Source: Octopus vulgaris
Taxonomy: Eukaryota
Direction: 5' to 3'
DNA length: 64,000 nucleotides
Assembly: GCA_951406725.2 (NCBI GenBank)
Contig: OX597824.1
Location: 8,060,001 to 8,124,000, forward strand
Below, piece after piece: positions 11,420-23,374 of this stretch (positions are counted from its first letter, which is position 1; each line of letters opens with the position of its first letter). The position numbers were made by a program, and so were the translations under genes. Under the pieces are notes generated by a model. It was not told the DNA's origin and made no database searches. It saw only the letters and a program-made list of their open reading frames with translations.

Positions 11420-14356
11420 AAGAACAAACAAGATGAGGACAAATATTTGTCAAATATAAATAATGTAAATAATTCCTCATATCTTAAATATAGAACTGTA
11501 TTATCCAGTGTTTTGATTGGTTCTTTATGAACCTTGGAAGAAAATCAAAGTTCAACTCTGTCAGATGTGAATGCAGAAAGTAAAGGGAGATAACCAAATA
11601 TACAAGTAGAGGCAGCATCATAGGTCACTCATTTCCTGTGCTGGTTTTAGTGCCTTTGACAGAGTCAGAGTTAAAAATAAGCAACTTGTTATACCTGTCT
11701 GACAAAGTGGTCACAGCTGGAATGTCTTGGATCAAATGAATCAGGTCTTGCCTGGAGCAACATGAACATTCACAATACAAATAACACCCCTACCACCACC
11801 ATTATCACTCCCCACCTCCACCACCATCAAAGTACTAATGTTGCCAATACCAGTTCCATTCAGGTAAGTTTAATCCCTGATTTGTTTGTTACTATAGAAA
11901 CTAGGGTTGAGCTCTGGCCCTTTTGGATAGAAGTTATATACGGTTCAGAAAGGATTTAGCTGATGTCCCACCTTCATATTAACCCTTTTGATACCAACCT
12001 GCCTAAGATTGACTTGGCTCTATGATAGAAACTCCCTGTTTTAAAGTTTTCTAAATTAAAACTGTCCATCAAAATTCCTCATTAATTTATGTTTCAAACA
12101 CCAAATTAATAACGACTAAGTTATTTTATTAAATACTTCAACATTCGAGTGTGGTCATTGCCAGTGCTGCCGGACTGGCTCCCATGCAAGGTAGCACCTA
12201 AAAAACACCTTTTGAGCATGGTCGTTGCCAGGAGCTCCTGACTGGCCTTTGTGCCAGTGTCATGTAAATGCACCCACTGCACTCTAGGAGTGGTTGGCAT
12301 TAGCTGTAGAAACTTTGCCAGATCAGATTGGAACCTGGTGCAGCCTCTGACTCACCAGTCCTCAGTCAAACTGTCCAACCCATGCCAGCATGGAAAGCGG
12401 ACGTTAAACGACGATGATGATGATGACTTCATTAATTCCAAAATTAATTGAAACAAAGCATTGTATTTTCTAGAGAAATTTGGTTAAAAACAAAACAAAA
12501 AAAAAGGGTTAAACCTTTAACATTTAAACTGGCATATCTGGCCCAAATATTCCCCCTGTTTTATATGTTTAAAACCTGCCAGGTCTGGCCTCTCGCACTC
12601 ACTCTACAATGTCGTTCTAAACATAAACAATTACCTCAATCACACAACTGAAATCTCCAAGCTACAAAATAGGATTAATTCAAAACAAGCCTCACATCTA
12701 ACAGAGTTGTATGGAATTTAAACTGTTGATGGGATTTCAATGTTTTCAAATCATAGGATCCCTGACTTATAAACTTAGGAAACAAGATATTTTTTTCCTG
12801 TTGACAACAACTCAGATATTTACAAGGATTGTCTTTGGCCTCTCCCTCTCTCTCTCTCTCTCTCCAATTGTGTCTTTAAACAGGAGTGTTGTAAAATTGA
12901 AGCCTGCCCTCTCCTCCTGCCACTTCACTCTTTTAGTTATGCACCAGAAAAAGAGTTTGAAGTGGAGACAGAGAAAGTATGTATGTGTGTGTGTTTAAAA
13001 TGTTTCTTTCTTGTCCACTAACATGGCACTATCCTATTTTCAGAACATGTTGTGCCCTAATTTGGTGCATAGCTCAGTGGTTAGAGCATCAAGCTAACGA
13101 TCGTGAGTTTGTGAGTTCAAACCCTGTACCGGGCTGCGTGTTGTGTTCTTGAGCAAGACACTTTATTTTACATTGCTCCAGTTCACTCAGCTGTAAAAAT
13201 GAGTTGTGACGTCACAAGTGCTAAGCTGTATCGGCCCCTTTGCCTTTCCCTTGGGTAACACTGGCGGCGTGGAGAGGGGAGGGCAAGCCAGGCGAAATGT
13301 GTAGCCGTATTTCGTCTGCTGTTACGTTCTGAGTTCAAATTCCGCCAAGGTCGACTTTGCCTTTCATCCTTTTGGGGTCGATAAAACAAGTACCAGTTAC
13401 GCACTGGGGTCGATATAATCGACTTAATCCGTTTGTCTGTCCTTGTTTGTCCTCTGTGTGTTTAGCCCCTTGTGGGTAGTAAAGAAATAGATATTTCATC
13501 TGCCATTACATTCTGAGTTCAAATTCTGCCAAGGTCAACTTTGCCTTTCATCTTACTTACCGGGTCGATAAATTAAGTACCAGTTACTCACTGGAGTTGA
13601 AGTAATCGACTTAAACTCTTTGTCTATCCATGTGGGTAATAAAGAAATATATATATATATATATATCTAATAGGCTTCTCTCAGTTTCTACCAGTCTCAC
13701 TCACAAGGCTTTAGTCAGCCTGGAATTAGTGTGGGACTGAACACACGACCACACCTTCAACATTGTTGGGAAATGGTTGTCAGTTTTAAAAACCAGCTGT
13801 AAATGGATGAAACAAAACCCAATTGTGATGTGAGAGGCATGTGGATAAGGAGGCATTATCAGACATGGTTACCCAGTTGTTTAAAGTGGGTTAAGCCTAC
13901 ACTAAACTTTGTCACTCTTTTTTCTAATGTCAATGATCGTCTTTGGTGCACATGTCTTGCATTAAAAAAAACCAACAACTTTCTGATTCCATTTCTACGC
14001 ATTTAAGGAGACTGCGTGTAAAATAATAAATGCTGTTATTGACATGTTTTAGAAATATATATATAAATAATATAATGTATAATGTATGGTTATTTCTATC
14101 TGTTGTGCATACATACACACACACACATGCACACACACCCTCCAAACCCTTACCAGCATGGAAAATATAAACAAACAAATGGACGAATAATGCATGCACA
14201 CACTTATATATTTATATACACCCAAGCATATATATATATGCGTGTGTGTATATACACGCACCCATCCATCAACCCCCGGACACACATATGTGTCAGTTTT
14301 AATAGACGCAAGTTACTATATACAGTCATGCTAATTACATTTATTCACATTTACCA

Positions 14357-14392
<36 letters not shown>

Positions 14393-14448
14393 CAGTGGGT
14401 GTGAGTCACTGGAAACTATAAACACATGTGTGCATGTATGTATACATA

Positions 14449-14487
<39 letters not shown>

Positions 14488-14732
14488 ATCCACACACTCA
14501 CACCAACTATGTCCGTGTGTGTGTGTGTGTACTATTTATTTTTATTTTTTTTTTTTAGCTAATAAATAGCTACAGACTCCAAAATTTTAAGCTTTCTAAT
14601 TACTGTTCCTGTCTCTGCTGTCAACTACTCTGATGACCCATCTCGTTAATTACTTCCACGCTCATATTATTCTCAGAAAGTAGTTCACATCACTAGTAAT
14701 TAAGATGTAAGCAACATAGATATATATGTATA

Positions 14733-14763
<31 letters not shown>

Positions 14764-17700
14764 CTTTGTGTTCATTTACTTATATATATATTTCATATCA
14801 AGATGAGTGAGCAATGGTGACGCTGGTTGCTGGCATTCCATGGACCAGTTGCTGATTCGTTGCAATTCTTAGAGCGAGAGTGGTGATAGATTGTTTAACT
14901 TGAACAAACACCACAAGGGGCCTGTTTATGAGTTTTTACATTTCCCTCATCAATATCTATCCGTGAAATATGAATGATGAAAATTACAATTTTTTTTTTA
15001 ATCCCACGATGAGAGATATTCAGCAATAGGACTTTGGAGTAAAGATTATTTGCTAACATAACATGGTAGTCCTGGTTTAGGACGAATGTTGCTTTCATTT
15101 AGCCACAGGAGACATTGTCTCCAGCTAGCTATATGACATGATCTTTGCCCTTATGTCTGTGTCCTTACGTCTCGTCTTTGTTCTTATGTCTGTGTCTAAA
15201 AAAAATATATATAAGCACACAGATTGTGTCGTCAGCTGGAGATGATGTCTCCTGGGGTTAAATTACAGTAACATTCGTCCTAAACCAGAACTGCCATGTT
15301 ATGTTGGCAAACAATCTTTATTACAGTATGAATGATGTACCTCAGTTTTAGATCACATACATCATGTCCCTGCTCGTTGTGAAAGATCACTAAAAGGTCT
15401 GGTGACAGTAAGGGTGCCCTGCTCTAAAACACCTCCTCAGTAAAACCTTTATTTGACCCATACCAGCATGGACATCATCATCATCATCATCAACTCCTGA
15501 ATGTTAATTTCTGATTGTGTTCAGCCAGTCCTGCAGAATCAGCAATTTTTCTAACGGAGACGTAACCCGACGTCAGCAGGCACAGATTGCTGCGGGATGG
15601 CACACTTAGGGACCAGTCTCACCATCTGGTGAAGACTTAATCTTATTTCTTTATTGCCCACAAGGGGCTAAACATAGAGAAGACAAACAAGGACAGACAA
15701 ACGGATTAAGTCGATTATATCGACTCCAGTGCGTAACTGGTACTTATTTAATCGACCCCGAAAGGATGAAAGGCAAAGTCAACCTCGGCGGAATTTGAAC
15801 TCAGAAGGTAGCGGCAGACGAAATACCGCTAAGTATTTCGCCCAGCGTGCTAACGTTTCTGCCAGCTCACCGCCTTGAAGACTTAATCTGCCATCACACC
15901 AGCTGCCATATGAAAAGGAAGAGGAAGTGGTATCCAGATACCTAGTTTCCACAGTTATTAATGACCAAGATCTCAGCACTCCCACCTAAAGAGGGTGCCA
16001 GTCCATTGCAGGATTACACATTTACGGCTGAATGGCCTGAGCAATGTGAAATGAAGTTTTTGCCCAAACACGCAATGCCCTGCCCAGTCTGAGAATTGAA
16101 ACAACAATCTTACAATCATAAGTGTCATACTGTCACCACTTGGCCACTGAGGCACAAAGCATGGATGAGTGTATGTAGAATGATGATGATGCTGATGATG
16201 ATGATATGCTATGCTTCTGCACAAGTCTTCTGACTACCAAATTTTGCTAACGTGACTTTGGCCAACGCAAGGTTTATGTTACAAGACACACATTCACCCC
16301 AAAGGGTTCCACACTCATGGAACTGAGTCTGTAACCCCATGGTTGCGGAAGCAAACTCCTTAATCACGCGGTCTGCCGTTTGTTGCTTTAACATGAAACA
16401 GAATGACTTTTTTGGTAAAAAAATAATATTTTCTCATGTCATTTGTTTTGGAGCAACCATGTGGATGTTCCTGTGAAATGATAGTTAATTCCCACCGCTG
16501 CACCTTCCTTCTTCCTACCCCCAACCCCTAGATAGATAGATAACTATCAAAACCAATACTGTATCTCTCTATTTGGGTCACATCCTGAACAACATTTCCG
16601 GTGATGTGATGGTAAATAACGAATGCTTAAATTGGTTAGTAAAACGGGGGTGGGGGGGAGTCAAGGGAGAAGGAGATAGTGTAGAGAAATATTACCGAAC
16701 CTTTAACAAAAATGTGACTGCAAGGGATTTCGAGGGTTCAAGAGTAAGAGATAAAATCCATTCTCTTTCCATTTGTTTGTCTTCATGCCTGATCTTTCAG
16801 TCCAATGGTCCAATGGCTGTTCCATTAAATGAAGATATTCTTATAGAATTGTATCTTTTATCTTCTACTTGTTTCAGTCCTTAAATTACTAATGTGCAGG
16901 GGGGGGGGATGCCTTGAGGGGTTTTCACTCAGACAAATGGACCGCAATACCTTTTTCCCTTTTTTTAAAGTCTGGTGCTAAGTTAAACAAACCAGCGTGG
17001 AGGAGAGGAACAGACACACAAACACATATATACATACATATGTATACACACACACACATTTTTTTTTTTTATTGCCCTCAAGGGGCTAAACATAGAAGGG
17101 ACAAACAAGGACCGACAAAGGCATTAAGTCAATTATATTGACCCCAGTGCATAACTGGTATTTATTTAATCGACTCTGGAAGGACGAAAGGCAAAGTTGA
17201 CCTCGGCAGAATTTGAACTCAGAACGTAATGGCAGACAAAATTTAGCTAAGTATTTCGGCCGGCATGCTAACGATTCTGCCAGCTCACTGCCTTGTATAT
17301 GATATATACAACAGGGTTCCACAATTTCTGTATACCATTCTTCTGGAGTATGTCCAAAGAAAAGACACGAGTTTCTAACAGACATTATTCCTTGCTTTAA
17401 CTATTTTTTCTTTTGCACTTAATTTCTAAGGCTTTTTTTTTATGGAGAGTGAAGGTAGATGGTCTTTAGAGTCATGAGCACGGATTTGATCCCTGAACTG
17501 AATGTCGCATTGTATCCCTGAGAAAGGCACTCATTTTCACATCACACCAGTCTTGTCTGCTGAAAATGAATACCAGCTACATACTGGTGTTACCTTCTCA
17601 GCCCTTTAGCTGTCACATTCTTATTATGTTCTACTGGATCATAGTTAGTAGGTCCGACAGAATGTCTGCTTTTACTCACGATTACCCAGGACTCTAAAAC

Positions 17701-18199
17701 AATTAGCAAAAGCATGGTATGTGTCACCAGGCCATTCACATTTGCAAGGGACAGCCATGTTATGGTTTTTATGAAGGAAATATTTAGCTTTTAAACATTC
17801 ATCAGCTCTTGAATATTTCTGTTTTGAGCTGTAAGACTCCTAGAAGACTCATAGGGGCAGTTGTCTGGCTTCTATGCTGCACAAGTGACCAAGACCACAC
17901 TGAAACCCCCTCAGCAGAGAGCCAGTTTGTTGCAGACTTACTCATTTACAGCTAATTAAACTAGAGTAAAAGGAAATGAATAATCTTGCTCAAGAACACA
18001 ATGTTCTGTTGAGTCTGGGAATCAAAACTATTATCTAGCAATTGTGAGTGCAACATCTTAAGCATTGGGCCATGTGCCTTCACGCATGCAACATTGGTTT
18101 TGTTCTTATGAATGGTGCTTATATGAGACCATACGTAACTTTATAAAACGTTGTGTATTGTGGATGAATATTAATGGTCTTATTATTGTCTCTTTGCAG

Positions 18200-18355
18200 A
18201 TCGATCAAGACAACAGTGGGCACATCACAGCATCCGAACTCGATAATGCTCTTGAACAACTCAACATAAAGCTTGCTGGTTATGAAATCCGTGATTTGAT
18301 TGGAAACTTTGATAATGGAGAAGATCAAAAATTGGATATTGATGAATTTCAGATG
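18200..18355 (+). CDS. PLS: Plastin exon, EF-hand region ([18 protein letters not shown]...DIDEFQM)
   Basis: tctttgcag acceptor, gtaac donor, 156 nt, phase 0/0. Confidence 0.92.
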
Positions 18356-21161
18356 GTAACTATCTCTTTCTTTAATAAAAGCTGTGTCCAGCAGTGTTTT
18401 TTTTTTCTTTTATTTCATTTCCTCTTTGTTCAGTGTTTCTCCTAAGGGTAGGATAACTGCTTTGTGGGGAAATTTAAAAAGGACAATGAAATTATCGTTC
18501 TAATTAAGCCGTAGAAGCTCTTGATTAAAATCTTCATTTATGGCATATTTAACATGTCTCTATTGGTGAAGGCACATGGCTCAGTGGTTAGAGCATCGAG
18601 CTTATGATCGTGAGGTTGTGAGTTCGAATCCTGGACCGGGCTGCATGTTGTGTTCTTGAGCAAGACACTTTATTTCACGTTGCTCCAGTTCACTCAGCTG
18701 TAGAAATGAGTTGCAACATTACTGGTGCCTAGCTGTATCGGCCCCTTTGCCTTTCCCTTGGATAACATCAGTGGCGAGGAGAGGGGAGGCTGGTATGCAT
18801 GGGCAACTGCTGGCCTTCCACAAACAACCTTGCCCAGACTTGGAGGCTAACTTTGTAAGTGCAATCCCATGGTCATTCATGACCAAAGAGGGTCTCCTCC
18901 TCCTATTGTTGAAAGGTCATTGGCTGCAGTGGACACATCAGAAATGATCCCTTTATAGATGTAGAATGCTGAAACACACAATATACTTCAGAACTATAAA
19001 AAATGAAATGACTTCTACAGTGACTGCAAGGGCGACAGATGCAGTTCTCCCGGCTTTTGCAGCTTAATTAAATTTAGATGGGTTTTAAACATTTTGAACT
19101 TGTAATACACCATGGTGAAGAAAGAAAATGTATAATAGATTAATGCAAAATGTCTATTTTTATTTTTGCATCAGCAAAGAAGACAGGTGGACAATTTTTC
19201 AAAGTTTGTTGTTGTTGTTCTTTCTTTACAATCCTGGATTCAAACAGGTATGATGGGTTGATATGAAAGCAACTTTGCTTTTCCTTATCTATAATCATTA
19301 TGTCTAGTCTATTAATTTCTGTTATTATTAACAGAATTCGAGCGTGATCGTTACCAACGTCACCTTACTGGCACCTGTGCTGGTGGCATGTGTAAAAAGA
19401 TTCAAGCGAGGTCATTGCCAGTACCGCCTGACTGGCCCCGTGCCGTGACACGTAAAAGGGCACCATTTGAGCATGATCGTTACCAACGTTGCCTTACTGG
19501 CACCTGTGCCGGTGGCATGTGTAAAAAGATTCGAGTGAGGTCGTTGCCAGTACCGCCTGACTGGCCCCCATGCCGGTGGCACGTAAAAAGCACCCACTAC
19601 ACTCTCGGAGTGGTTTGTGTTAGGAAGGGCAGCCATCTGATTCGCCAGCCCTCAGTCAAAATCGTCCAACCCATGCTAGCATGGAAAGCAGACGTTAAAT
19701 GATGATGATAATCATCAAGGTGGAGAGCTGGCAGAATCGTTAGCCCGCCAGGCAAAATGGTTAGCAGCATTTCTTTCGGCTCTTTACATTCTAAGTTCAA
19801 ATTCTGTTGAGGTCGACCTTGCCTTCCATCCTGTTGGAATCAATAAAATAAAGACCACTTGAATGCTGGGATTGATGTAATCATCTTACCCCTCCTTCGA
19901 AATTGCTGTTGCCGGCCTTGTGCCAAAATTTGAAATTAGTATTTCTCCTAATTCTTTACTTTCTTGGTTCATAACCTGCCACAGTCAACTTTTTCTTTTG
20001 TCCCATCAGGGTTCATAAAATAAAGTACCAGTTGCATGCTGGGGTTGATATAATCAGCTAAGCTTCTCTCTTCACTGCTCTTGCTGGCCTGGTGCCTAAA
20101 TTAGAAGCCATTGTTATTTGAATGTTATATGTTAGATATTGATTCCTTAACCAATCTTTATACTTTAGGGTTAAAGGTAAACAGAATATTTCCAGGTAAG
20201 TAGTTTGCTTAGGTTAGACGTAAGATAGTTAAGTAATCTTAAAAATAAAAACTAACTAAAAATAATTATGCTCTAAAAAAGCTATTAATCAATGACCAGT
20301 ATTGTTTTTATCATTCCAGCAATTATGGGAGATAACTCCAGTCATATTTTGGTCTTATTCTGAACTCCTCAGCAAAGCATAACCTTCACTTCATTTGCTG
20401 AGGTAGTAATGACTATAATCTCTAAGTAGAAATACAAAGAAGAGCAGACACATTGGGCAATTTAGTCTTAGCTGTCGCTAAAATGATATGATGGTCAGAG
20501 CTGGATTGTCTCTGATTATAGAGCTGAACAGAATAAGAACTGCAAATATCACAAGCTCTACATAGAGAATTTTTATTTTACCGCTAAATTTATTTGTTCT
20601 TTTTCCCAAAGACCAGAGGAAACCCCTCCCCTCTTCCTTTGCCTGTCAAAACATTTCTTAACACTGTTGACCTACATTACTTGACCTACTTTTGAAAGTT
20701 CTTAGATAAACAGCCGTTGATAATTATGTAAAAATATGACCAGCACAGCTTGTTGTTATTGTTTATGTTTATCGTTTACAGTCGGCGGGGTGGGGGAGAT
20801 ATTTTTAAATGATGTCTATTACTGATCTGTCTGTCTCTGTCTCTCAATCTCTCTCTCTCTCCCTTTTTCTCTCCATCTCTTAACCTTTTCTCTTGGTCAC
20901 CCTTGCCCTTTCGTGCCATCCCTTGTTCACATTTGCACTCTTATTCCTTCCCCCTTTCCCCCCTCCTTTCTCATTAATCCTCTCTTCTGGTTTCTTTGTC
21001 TTTCTCCCCTTCCTTCCTTCCTTCCTTCCTTCCTTCCTTCCTTCCTTTCCAATTACTTTTATCCAAACCTGTTTCTATCACTGACCTTCCTGGTCTCAAC
21101 TGCTTGCAAAGAGGAGTCAGTTCAGTTTCAATAAGTAATTGAAGTTAGTTCAAAGACCAGA

Positions 21162-21224
<63 letters not shown>

Positions 21225-23320
21225 GTATGTATGTACACATGCACACACCAACAGATAGAGAATGAAATATAGGAAGATTAGTTTATGCTTGTTCCCTTCG
21301 TCTATGACCTTCACAGACCTTTCTCTATATTATTACATCACCCCTCATTATAGCCAACTAAATTTGTTATTAAGATAGTCCCCTCTTGTCAACTTTTGAC
21401 ATGAATCTGTGAGACGCTGTCCCCTATGCCTGCCCGTTGACCGTAAGGAAAGGATGTCATCTGGTGACTATGACAAAAAGTGTTGTCTTCCAGTGGTACA
21501 CGACTTGCTGTGAGATCATCATTGTCACCATCGTTGTTTAACATCCGTTTCCCATACAGGCGTGGGTTGGACAGCTTGACTGAGGACTGGCAAGCCAGGA
21601 GGCTGCACCAGGCTCCAGTCTGATCTGGCAAGGTTTTTATAGCTGGATGCCCCTCCTAACACCAAGTACTCCAAGAGTGTAGTGGGTGCTTTTTAGATGC
21701 CACCAGCACAGGAGCCAGTCAGGTGGCACTGGCATAATGAATTAATGATTGGAAAGTGACCACCCAAGGGTAGCAGATTGGATGCATTGTTAGAGCATTA
21801 GACAAGATGCTTTGCATTATCTGTACTGGCTGTTTGTGTTCTAAGTGCAGGTCTACAGCAACTTTGGCACCTAAGCTGTGCCCACCTTCAACCTTTAAGC
21901 ATTTAACCCTTTCGTTACTGTATTTCTGTTGAGATGCTCTGTGTTTCTTTCAATTACTTTAAATATAACAAAGAATTTAATAAAATAACTTGGTTATTAT
22001 TAAGCTAGTGTTAGGAACATAAATTGTGATTAAAGTCTAGTGGAAAATTTTAATTCAAAACTTGTGAAAACAAGACATTTGTACAACAGTGCCAGAGGCG
22101 GTTTCAGCCAGGTTGGTAACGAAAGGGTTAAATCAATCATATCCGGTCCAAATATTCTATTTTATTTTAAAGGTTTGTTTTCAAAACAAGCCAAACTCAG
22201 CCCCTCTCACCTATTCCGCATTCATTCTACAAATAAACAATGACGGCATCGAAATCTTGAAGCTATGAGATAACGTAGGATTAATTCAAAAGAATGTGAA
22301 TAAATAAGGATTACATTTGACAGGATAATCCAGAAGCAAAGGGATTAAGAGAATCCTTTACCTTGGATAACACCACTGACTTGTAGGAAAGAGATTTCAG
22401 TGTTTGAACAACTGGTAGTTTACTACAATAAACCTTACCCAGGCCTGTACTTGTCAGTGCAGATCCATGGTCGATACTGACTGAGATAGGCCTTATAATT
22501 TAAGGGAGTCTTTGGTCTCAGCACAAACAACTGTTCTAGTGCCTGTGGCATTATGAAATTCTTGTGGTCTTTTTTTTTTTTTGTAAATATGAAGGACGTC
22601 CAGCTGTAAAAAAATCTTGGTGGAAAAACTGTCATGCACACATCATCATTGTTTAACGTCTGCTTTCCATGCCGGCATGAGTTGAACGATTTGACTGAGG
22701 TCTGGCGAACCAGGTGGCTGCACCAGGCTCTACTCTTGATCTGGCAGAGTTTCTACAGCTGGATGCCCTTCCTAACGCCAACCACTCCGAGAGTGTAGTG
22801 GGTGCTTTTAAAGACCACCAGCATGGGGGCCAGTCAGACGACACTGGTAATGATTACGCTCGAATGGTGCCTTTTACATGCCACCGGCAAGGAAGCCAAT
22901 TAGCTGCTCTGGCAACGATCACACTCGGATGGTGCTCTTAGCACTCAAACAAAAAAGTTTAAAGGTTTACTCTGTTACCATGTGTGCTAGATGAGAAAGG
23001 ACCCATCACAATTAGTGAGGTTTTATGCTGGGGCATACTGATCCAACCCCGATTCCATCATGGAAAAAAATCTACATGAAATGATGTGGATGACAATGTC
23101 AAATGTTTTCAAAGCCATTACTCTTTACTCTTTTAAGTCATTTGACTGTGGTCATGCTGGAGCACCGCCTTTAGTCAAGTAAATCGACCCCAGGACTTAT
23201 TCTTTGGATGCCTAGTACTTATTCTATCAGTCTCTTTTGCTGAACCATTAAGTTAGAGGGACATAAACACACCACCATCGGTTGTCAAGCGATGTTGGGG
23301 GAACAAATACAGACACACAA

Positions 23321-23374
<54 letters not shown>

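Noticed and set aside
18571-18650. tRNA-like sequences (also 1358, 13064, 35958 and 53020 regions)
   Set aside because: They continue into SINE bodies and lack a proper acceptor stem and terminator; SINE heads, not tRNA genes.
19340-19590. Regularly spaced gtggcacgtaaaaagcac units resembling a CRISPR array
   Set aside because: The spacers are related to one another, the context is eukaryotic, and there are no cas genes; these are internal tandem units of family C.
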